Below are positions 57,501-64,000 of a stretch of DNA of 64,000 nucleotides, in pieces. The stretch's first letter is position 1; each line of letters begins with the position of its first letter. The position numbers were made by a program, and so were the translations under genes. The notes under the pieces were generated by a model, which saw only the letters and a program-made list of their open reading frames with translations, ran no database searches and was not told the origin of the DNA. This stretch comes from Candidatus Microgenomates bacterium (GTDB lineage Bacteria; Patescibacteriota; JACPGU01), in the NCBI GenBank assembly GCA_016188915.1, contig JACPGU010000002.1:11388-75387 (forward strand), written 5' to 3'.

Positions 57501-58325
57501 TTTTTGAAATTCAGGTGAACTGTCAAAATCTTCTTGAGCGATAAATTCGTTTTTTAGCTCAATAGCGTTATGGACATTCCCGAATGCCATCTCCTTAATT
57601 ATTTTTTTCTTAGCGGCCTCTCGGACTTCAGGTGAGTTAACTATATCGTCGGGTAGATCTAATTTTTTATTAATCTCAATAGCTCTATATGGCTCTCCAA
57701 AATATGAGAAACTTTCAACAATTGTTTCCTTTGCGACTTCCAAAACTTCAGATGAGCTAATAAAGCTATCTGGTAAGTGAAGTCTCTTTATTATCTCAAT
57801 GGCTTTATCGGGGAGACCATGCGATATGTAGAATATCGCCCCCTTCTTTGCAGCTTCCTGAATTGCAGGTGAATTGATAAAATCATCGTCAGGCAAACCC
57901 AATGCTTTTTGTATTTCGAAAATATCATCTATACGATAACTAAAGATATCTTCGAATAGTTTTGAAGCGCGATAATTTATAGCTTTTTGAACTTCGGGTG
58001 AATTAACTATCTCATTTAGCTGGTGGGCGCTAAGGCCACAGTTATTTTTAATACGCAATAGTTCACTCATACCGTCCCTAGACACCGTGTACATCAAGGT
58101 CTCTATTATGCGTTTTCTCGTACTTTTCTGTTCTGGCGTTAAAATAATTTCTTCTCCATCTTCCTTTTTTTCTTTTGGGCCAAAAATAGAATCAACATGT
58201 TTCTGGGCTTGTTCTTGAACTTTGTCAAATTCTTCAGCAGTCGGTTTTTCACCAGCAAGCCTCTGCATTTCAGCAGCTTCAGCTTGAGCGCGAATTGGAT
58301 CGTATAAATTTGGGTTTTCTGACAT
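54558..58325 (-). CDS. 1255-aa hypothetical protein: alpha-helical repeats plus C-terminal kinase-like domain
   Basis: About 10 SPEVQEAAKK-type repeats of ~40 aa; C-terminal IVAKK...KEF...LPTAEPVG...YLLMKKVEG...IDWE. Confidence 0.8.
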   Translation of the reverse strand: MSENPNLYDPIRAQAEAAEMQRLAGEKPTAEEFDKVQEQAQKHVDSIFGPKEKKEDGEEIILTPEQKSTRKRIIETLMYTVSRDGMSELLRIKNNCGLSAHQLNEIVNSPEVQKAINYRASKLFEDIFSYRIDDIFEIQKALGLPDDDFINSPAIQEAAKKGAIFYISHGLPDKAIEIIKRLHLPDSFISSSEVLEVAKETIVESFSYFGEPYRAIEINKKLDLPDDIVNSPEVREAAKKKIIKEMAFGNVHNAIELKNEFIAQEDFDSSPEFQKALEEGLYRKVSNGDVYDVIKIKNELGLPEGFSNLPEVQEAVREGLIRKLGHGGYYTEDVRHYFEIIKALNIPRDFADSPEFQEAAKKEIILMVEKRAFSWAIRIKNELNVSGDIIQKAIKNKILEDLSNGYILYSKEEIEKNPDLEETKEAIKGSLMDSLANVDTQNVEKILKIFNISDLIIQEAAKKVLIDKLSSGDINTTNRIKSAFNYLLVEVIKLPEIQEAAKKAVLNKASAGEISEALEIKKSFNLSEGVFQLSDMRQSDEECASKINPNNLISFVKHLGKDFDTLLPMPLTSEKAIEMILDNLESNDDLADYFLENAGNYHDKEWAGKGMLVAVSHYSVANKFINGIENFSWKNEPWVQDVIEKANKTLAEHGAQFGDGEHDYSYSHGSEGFRESNPYENNPWVFNKQQAVLTDALTDIMRGKINPRRMKDLNINQSEIEPLLAKINEKIKESYEKFITRFQSNSKINDDDKKALASPESLAVKMTPFFDLSNNLQYFAIRYLVQSIGGDLNRISDLRESLNNMDGVLEEGFKKYIKVHEVDIPLYDKLYEEFDNLRETGRYPTEVFLGRDGVYAWIGRWAQDIARRKKLGPEGRKKLQKMGDIIEINPQYLVYPRYFRDNLDYDTKRQFLEQERITPDADPLFYDTGYTGTIPEQIMRVMDFDDEDIERRIRLLSAPSVHRRVKGIPENARSEIIEYIEHNAKTENTAEGLIIDEETGKIHHIAQPTSPEEQFYYMMIKQAIARHYWLQEKLYHEPSGNVGVDSENYSIRIRQEYLDLLPKEFIENPKKFFAESGTLLKGGKGEGEYPDEEIISFELSDGTEIVAKKIELRKAKESRKEFSILISAKKVGLPTAEPVGFMSGKKEVDGSYLLMKKVEGISGRKFEKHLRESGKFSDEKINAIIQDVSEKNKELADLFRDKLKIDKRWRIKDTIIEFDEDSGTVVNVTPIDWERAEDFDANNPKKVDNIDNIVE

Positions 58326-58427
58326 AAAAATAAAATTTATCTCAATAATTCTTCAACCTTAACGCCAATTACTAGGGATAACCTTTCTATTGTTGAAGTG
58401 GATAAGACGACTACCTTCCGTCACAAT

Positions 58428-58501
58428 TGGCTGCGGGACATGGGGTCGAACCATGATTACCTGCTCCAGAGGCAGGCGTCCTACCATTAGACGATCCCGC
58501 A
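58428..58501 (-). tRNA. tRNA-Gln(CTG)
   Basis: TGCGGGA acceptor, CCTGC-CTCTGGA-GCAGG anticodon arm, GGTTCGACCCC, encoded CCA. Confidence 0.95.
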
Positions 58502-58543
58502 ATCAATTGTGACAAAACAGACGATCTCCCAATGGCTAAAAAA

Positions 58544-59980
58544 TTAAGAAATTACTTTCTCCAATGCCTTCTTAATTCTTTTCAAACCTTCCTCTCTCCC
58601 CAAAACCCACAGTAACTCGGCAGGTGAAGGACTTTTTTCTTCGCCACTTAAGGCATAACGCACTGGCCAGAAAACATCGCCATTTTTCAAATTTTCTGCC
58701 TCTACTGTTCTTTTTAGAATATCTTCTAGTATTCCCAAGCTCTTCCATGAACTTTCCGGGGCTTTGGCCAAATTATCCCTAGCGGCAGAAATACCCTTGA
58801 TAGTTTCAGGCCAAAAACTTTTTGGAAATTTTAATATATCTTTTTTTACTTTTGGTGAGGCAAAAAAATAATTAGTTAGCAAGTCAAAGTCTTTTAGGGT
58901 ACGCATTCTGTCTCTGGTCACTTTTAATATTTTGCCAATAAACTCTTTATCATAAGAATCTATATCTATTTTTGAAAAATCTCGCAAAAGATCAATCAAA
59001 ATATCTTCATTCATTTTTCTAATATAATAAGAATTAATATATTGTAATTTATCAAGATCCAAGATGGCAGGATTCTTATGAATTTTCTCCGGAATAAATT
59101 CTCGGCTTAATTCTTTGAGAGTAAAAAATTCTCTCTCATCGTTTGGACTCCACCCCAAAAAAGCGATAAAATTAATAATGGCTTCTGGTAGATAGCCATC
59201 TTTTTTAAATTTCTCTACCGAAACATCGCCTTCTCTCTTGCTTAATTTTTTTTTGTCTTTGCCGACTATATTAGGCAAATGAGCAATAACAGGTGGGTGC
59301 CAACCGAAAAATTTATAAAGCAAAAGGTGTTTTGGCGTGGAAGAAAGCCATTCTTCTCCTCTCAAAATATGCGTGATGCCAGACTCATAGTCATCTACCA
59401 CTGAAGCCAAATGATAAGTGGGAAACCCATCTGATTTTATCAAGACCTGATCATCTATATTATTAGTATTGAATTCCACCCTGCCGCGAATCATATCATC
59501 AAAAGATATTTTCTCCCCAAGGGGTATTTTCATCCTAATAATATGAGGCTCATTATTTTTTAATTTAGATAATATTTCTTCTCCTTTAAGATTTCGACAA
59601 AAACGATCGTAGCCAATGGGTTGCTTTTTTTTCGTTTGCTCTAGACGCAATTTTTCCAATCTATCGGCAGAACAAAAACAAAAATAAGCGTGGCCTTTTT
59701 CTAATAATTGTCTAGCGTATTCTTTGTATAGAGATGTTCTAGAAGATTGATAAATGGGATCCTCTGCCCAATTCAATCCCAGCCATTCTAATACTTCCAA
59801 AATACGTAAATCTGAATCTTTGACTAAGCGGCTTTGATCAGTATCCTCAATGCGCACTAAAAAATAACCATCATTTTTTTTAGCAAAAAGATAGGCATAA
59901 AGAGCGGTCCTTGCTCCGCCAATATGCAATTCACCGGTGGGGCTAGGAGCAAAACGAGTTCTAACTATTGGTCCTGGCAT
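58544..59980 (-). CDS. gltX: Glutamate--tRNA ligase
   Basis: RFAPSPTG.LHIG, RIEDTD, PTYHLA.VVDD and KLSKR motifs. Confidence 0.97.
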   Translation of the reverse strand: MPGPIVRTRFAPSPTGELHIGGARTALYAYLFAKKNDGYFLVRIEDTDQSRLVKDSDLRILEVLEWLGLNWAEDPIYQSSRTSLYKEYARQLLEKGHAYFCFCSADRLEKLRLEQTKKKQPIGYDRFCRNLKGEEILSKLKNNEPHIIRMKIPLGEKISFDDMIRGRVEFNTNNIDDQVLIKSDGFPTYHLASVVDDYESGITHILRGEEWLSSTPKHLLLYKFFGWHPPVIAHLPNIVGKDKKKLSKREGDVSVEKFKKDGYLPEAIINFIAFLGWSPNDEREFFTLKELSREFIPEKIHKNPAILDLDKLQYINSYYIRKMNEDILIDLLRDFSKIDIDSYDKEFIGKILKVTRDRMRTLKDFDLLTNYFFASPKVKKDILKFPKSFWPETIKGISAARDNLAKAPESSWKSLGILEDILKRTVEAENLKNGDVFWPVRYALSGEEKSPSPAELLWVLGREEGLKRIKKALEKVIS

Positions 59981-59985
59981 AAAAT

Positions 59986-60354
59986 TTATATATCAAAATT
60001 TTCTATATGTTTGATGTCATAAAGACCGCCATAGCGATCTCTTATCACAGAAATGACATCCATCCTTACGATTGGCTCTGGTCCATTCCATCGACCTAAA
60101 ACATAATTGATTATATTGTTTATTTTTTCTATTTTGACGCTATCTACCATCTCCTCTGGCAAACCAAAACGATTTGATGTTTTGGTTTTTACTTCTACAA
60201 AAACTAGATTTGGTCCTCTGCGAGCAATAATATCTATTTCGCCAAAATAACAGCGATAATTTCTTTTTATAATATCATAGCCACGCGCTCGGAGATATTT
60301 GGCTGCTACCTCTTCTCCCCAGTCGCCAATTTTTTTGTTTTCGTATTTGCTCAT
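59986..60354 (-). CDS. yraN: YraN (UPF0102) family endonuclease-like protein
   Basis: G.WGE..A..YL, GEIDIIA and FVEVK motifs. Confidence 0.92.
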   Translation of the reverse strand: MSKYENKKIGDWGEEVAAKYLRARGYDIIKRNYRCYFGEIDIIARRGPNLVFVEVKTKTSNRFGLPEEMVDSVKIEKINNIINYVLGRWNGPEPIVRMDVISVIRDRYGGLYDIKHIENFDI

Positions 60355-60992
60355 TGAACAATTATATCATGGATCGGATGGAAGCTTTTCCGATGCTCCG
60401 GACAAATACCATATTTTTTGATCGCCCCTAAGTGTTTGGCCGTCCCATAGCCTTTGTGATGCTCAAAGCCATATTCTGGATATTTTTTTGCTAATTCTTT
60501 CATATACCTATCGCGACTTACCTTTGCGATGATAGATGCTAGGGCTATGGAAAAAATTTTTGAGTCACCCCCTACTACCTTTTCTTGTCTTGTCGTAAGG
60601 CCACCTATCTCAAACCCATCTACCAAAACATAGTCTGGTTTTTGGCTCAACCCATCGACTGCTTTTTTCAGAACTAATTGATTGGCTCGTCCCAGTCCTA
60701 TTTTATCAATTTCTTCGGCAGAAATAAACGCAACAAAATATTCAATGTCTTTAATATCTTTGACTATCTCAAATATATCTTCCCTCTTTTTCTCGCTTAA
60801 TTTCTTTGAATCCCGTACGCCCAAATTTGAGATTTGAGATTTGAGATTTGAGACTATTGTCGCTGCTGCGACGATTGGTCCCGCCCAAGGTCCGCGACCA
60901 ACTTCATCCACCCCGCAAATATAAGAAAAGCCCCTATCAAAAAGGGCTTTTTCATAAGTCACAGGCATGCCCTGTTTTTTATTTTTCTTCAT
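60351..60992 (-). CDS. rnhB: Ribonuclease HII
   Basis: GVDEVGRGPWAGP, DSKKL, LVDG, ASIIAKVSRD and KGYGT motifs; start at 60992 or 60968. Confidence 0.96.
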   Translation of the reverse strand: MKKNKKQGMPVTYEKALFDRGFSYICGVDEVGRGPWAGPIVAAATIVSNLKSQISNLGVRDSKKLSEKKREDIFEIVKDIKDIEYFVAFISAEEIDKIGLGRANQLVLKKAVDGLSQKPDYVLVDGFEIGGLTTRQEKVVGGDSKIFSIALASIIAKVSRDRYMKELAKKYPEYGFEHHKGYGTAKHLGAIKKYGICPEHRKSFHPIHDIIVQ

Positions 60993-61635
60993 CGTCAGAC
61001 GATTTATCAGATTGTTCGCTGTTATCTTTCGCGCTATTCTCCACAGGTTCAATATCGGTGGGAGGCTCGTCCGTGCTGTCCAAGACGATAGCTTCCGTTG
61101 CCGGTTCTACGACATTATCGCTCTCCTCTATTTTTGTCTCTGTTGTTTTTTCTAACGATTCTTCTTGCTTTGAGGCTTCATCGATTGTTTGGCCAGCAGA
61201 GCTACTCTCGGCATCTGCCACCATATCTTCTGCCGGCGATTCTTGAGCTGTCTCCTCTTCGCCATGAGTAATTGCTTCCAGGACCGCCCTCTGGCTTTCT
61301 TTCAATTTAGCTGCTTTGCCAGTAAGCCCCCTCAAAAAGAATATTTTTTTTCTACGGGTTTTGGAACTGCGAACAATTTTTATATTTTCAATCAAAGGGC
61401 TAAGCAAGATATATTTTTTTTCCACCCCTACGCCACTGGCAATCTTTCTCACGGTGATAGAAGCGCTGACACCATTGCCCCCGTCTCTCGCGATAACAAT
61501 GCCTTCAAATATTTGCGTTCTAGTTTTCCCCCCTTCTTCTACTTTTATCGCTACACGCACAATATCGCCCGTGGCGATATCGGGAATTTTTCCTTTGTTG
61601 TATTTTTTATTGACATAAGAAAGCAATGGATTCAT
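60979..61635 (-). CDS. rplS: 50S ribosomal protein L19 with long acidic C-terminal extension
   Basis: GD.VRV..KV.EG.K.R.Q.FEG.VIA, TVRKIASGVGVEK; rplS-rnhB-yraN synteny. Confidence 0.95.
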   Translation of the reverse strand: MNPLLSYVNKKYNKGKIPDIATGDIVRVAIKVEEGGKTRTQIFEGIVIARDGGNGVSASITVRKIASGVGVEKKYILLSPLIENIKIVRSSKTRRKKIFFLRGLTGKAAKLKESQRAVLEAITHGEEETAQESPAEDMVADAESSSAGQTIDEASKQEESLEKTTETKIEESDNVVEPATEAIVLDSTDEPPTDIEPVENSAKDNSEQSDKSSDDEEK

Positions 61636-61699
61636 CGTAGATTATATTTAAATGTAAGCCTGACAATAATAGCACAGAGAGACTTTTTTGTCCACTTCT

Positions 61700-64000
61700 T
61701 TAATGGACGGGTAAATCTACCACTGTATACTCAGGATTCTGGCCAAGGCTTTTTTTGATTTCATTTTTTATTTCTTCGTCAAAGCGCACCTTAAAAGAAG
61801 TCTTTATTTTTTTAAGACCATTTGGGCCGATTAATTTCAATATTACCGCTGTTTCTCCGCTATTTTGCATAAAAACTTTCTTCAGCCTGTTTAGATCATC
61901 TAGCATCAATTTATCGTTAAAGGAAATTTCTAAAATCTGTTTTTCTTCTTGTCCTATCTTGATCATTTCTTTATTGTATAAATCCAAAAGCGATGGAGTG
62001 AAGTCTTCAAATTCATTAACCAAGATTTTGGCTGAGCCATCTTTATTGGAAATTTTCCCAGATACAATAATTACTTTTCCCTCCGTCCAAAAACCCGGCT
62101 TTTCAATTAATTTTTTAGGGAAGACTATTAATTCTAATTGACCAGAAAAATCTTCCACTGTGACAAATAGCATCGGTTCCTTATTCCTGGTTGTTATTTT
62201 ATGGATTAAAGAGATAGAGCCGATAATTTTTATCTCTTTACCATCTAGATCATTACTGATAGAGGAAATAGCTGGAAAAAAATTTTTTGCTATCTCTCGA
62301 AAAGGATCCATCGGATGCCCAGATACATAGATGCCCAAAAGTTCTTTTTCCCAATCCAGTTTTTGTTTTTCAGAAGCTTTCTCTACTATCTCCAATTTTA
62401 TCGTATCCAAAAGCGCCCTGTCGGCTGTTTCGCCAAAGATATTGATTTGGTTGCTCCCCACATTTTTTCTTACATTTTGCGCGTACTGCAAAATATTATC
62501 TAATGATGCTAATAATTGATTGCGTTCTCCAAAAATATCCATCGCTCCGCTTTTGATCAAACTTTCTATCGTTTTTTTGTTGACATCACTCGTAGCCGTC
62601 CTTTCAATAAAATCCTCCAATGATTTAAATGCCCCTTTCTCTCTACGAGAATTTTCAATGGCTTCAATCGGCCCCTCGCCAACATTTTTTATAGCCGACA
62701 ACGCATAACGAATCTCCTTTTTGCCAGGGACTACGGCAAAAGTCGTAAAGCTTTCATTAACATCTGGAGGCAAAACCTTTATTCCAATAGAACGACATTC
62801 ATCGATTTCTTTGGCTATCCTGTCCAGGTCATTTTTGTCAGAAGTCATTAAGGCCGCCATAAAAGCTTCTGGATAATGAGCTTTGAGATAAGCTGTCTGC
62901 ACCGCAATCAGCGCGTAACAAGCGGCGTGAGATTTGTTGAAACAATAAGCGGCAAAGTCTTCGAGGCTTTTCCAGAGATTTTCCACGAAATCTTTTTTCG
63001 CGCCACTATGTTCTATCGCTCCTGCGACAAAAGCTTCCTTCATCTTGGTCATCGTCTCTATCTTCTTTTTGCCGATGGCCCTCCTCATGGTATCCGCTTG
63101 TCCACCAGTAAAACCGCAAAGGTCCTTGGATATCTGTATCACCTGCTCCTGATAAACGATAATGCCATAAGTGTTTTTCAGGGACGCTTCCATTTTGGGA
63201 TGCCCATAGGTAATGAGATCGGAATTGTGCTTTCTTTTGATGAAATCTTCAATCCACTGCATTGGTCCCGGTCGGTAAAGGGCTACCATCGCGATGATAT
63301 CTTCAAATTGGTTGGGGCGTAATTCTTTGATGTAGCGCTTCATCCCATCAGATTCCAGCTGAAAGACTCCCGTGGTCTCGCCCCTGCTCAAAAGTTCATA
63401 GGTCGCCCGATCATCTATCGGTATATCGGCAATATCAATATTTATCTCGTAGGCTTTTTTGATGATTCTTAAAGTATTTTTTATAATAGTAAGGTTGGCC
63501 AGTCCCAAAAAGTCAAATTTCAATAATCCTATATCTTCAATCGGCCCCATTGAATATTGAGTGGCGATACCGCCTTTTTGCGCTCGCACTAAGGGTGCGT
63601 GTTCTACTATCGGATCTTTAGAGATAACTACTCCTGCCGCGTGCACGCCGGCATTACGAATAGTTCCTTCCAATTGCATGGCGATATTAATAAGATTTTT
63701 TGCCCTGGAGTTAGTATTGTACTCTTTGGACAATGTTGGATCTTCAATTATAGATTGGGATAGCGACGTATGTTTGCCTTGCACTGGCGCTGGAATTAAT
63801 TTGGCTATAGCATCTACTTCGGCATAGGGCATGCCCAATACTCTTCCTGTGTCTCTTACCGCGTTGCGAGCCGCCATCACGCCAAAGGTGATGATTTGTG
63901 CCACACGATCTTGCCCATATTTCTCGGTAGCGTATTTGATTACTTCATCTCTTCTATCATCGGCAAAGTCCATATCAATATCAGGCATAGAGATACGATC
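61700..64000 (-). CDS. dnaE: DNA polymerase III alpha subunit, C-terminal part (begins beyond window end)
   Basis: RISMPDIDMDF, HAAGVVI, KFDFLGL, GVFQLES, YQEQ and FNKSHA motifs; OB fold. Confidence 0.98.
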   Translation of the reverse strand, partial: DRISMPDIDMDFADDRRDEVIKYATEKYGQDRVAQIITFGVMAARNAVRDTGRVLGMPYAEVDAIAKLIPAPVQGKHTSLSQSIIEDPTLSKEYNTNSRAKNLINIAMQLEGTIRNAGVHAAGVVISKDPIVEHAPLVRAQKGGIATQYSMGPIEDIGLLKFDFLGLANLTIIKNTLRIIKKAYEINIDIADIPIDDRATYELLSRGETTGVFQLESDGMKRYIKELRPNQFEDIIAMVALYRPGPMQWIEDFIKRKHNSDLITYGHPKMEASLKNTYGIIVYQEQVIQISKDLCGFTGGQADTMRRAIGKKKIETMTKMKEAFVAGAIEHSGAKKDFVENLWKSLEDFAAYCFNKSHAACYALIAVQTAYLKAHYPEAFMAALMTSDKNDLDRIAKEIDECRSIGIKVLPPDVNESFTTFAVVPGKKEIRYALSAIKNVGEGPIEAIENSRREKGAFKSLEDFIERTATSDVNKKTIESLIKSGAMDIFGERNQLLASLDNILQYAQNVRKNVGSNQINIFGETADRALLDTIKLEIVEKASEKQKLDWEKELLGIYVSGHPMDPFREIAKNFFPAISSISNDLDGKEIKIIGSISLIHKITTRNKEPMLFVTVEDFSGQLELIVFPKKLIEKPGFWTEGKVIIVSGKISNKDGSAKILVNEFEDFTPSLLDLYNKEMIKIGQEEKQILEISFNDKLMLDDLNRLKKVFMQNSGETAVILKLIGPNGLKKIKTSFKVRFDEEIKNEIKKSLGQNPEYTVVDLPVH

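Noticed and set aside
54440..58430. Classical integrase island with attR duplicating the tRNA-Gln 3' end
   Set aside because: No integrase is present and no same-strand duplicate of the tRNA 3' end was found.
1..64000. Alternative genetic code (TGA=Gly as in Gracilibacteria)
   Set aside because: Conserved genes are full-length under code 11, and some, such as hsdR, end at TGA.

Overview
Genomic DNA of about 40% GC that looks like Patescibacteria (CPR). This is inferred from the gene content and the characteristic short palindromic repeats; standard code 11 applies, with TGA used as stop. Most genes lie on the minus strand. In window order the contents are: partial trigger factor; a defence island built around an EcoAI/EcoEI-like type I restriction-modification locus with interleaved KAP NTPase, membrane ORF, HicB/HicA-like pair, RhuM and RhuM-Fic genes; a gapN-pfkB-fba-tpiA-trxA-DUF1385-nrdJ-nrdR block; two tRNA-Leu genes; comEA, rsmD and recG; a ~460-nt highly structured non-coding region with its own promoter next to a GC-rich secreted-protein gene; xth, VKOR, uvrA, infC-rpmI-rplT, secA, hpf, serS, lysS, tatD and metG; a MITE; a porin-like secreted protein; TrmB, rsmI, Nramp, rsmA, pcrA and a serine hydrolase; tRNA-Glu with tandem pseudo-tRNA repeats; a lamin-tail surface protein; a 1255-aa repeat/kinase-like protein after tRNA-Gln; gltX, yraN, rnhB, rplS and partial dnaE. 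Five signals are not explained by ordinary annotation: (i) the large structured non-coding element at 25.56-26.02 kb; (ii) a recurring arrangement of a truncated 5' gene copy, a palindrome or cargo, and the intact gene; (iii) tRNA fragments with hairpins inserted into their loops; (iv) REP-like palindromes and 7/8-mer tandem tracts inserted in-frame into housekeeping proteins; (v) a beta-barrel-like protein in a presumed monoderm. All family assignments come from motif recognition by eye; no searches were run.
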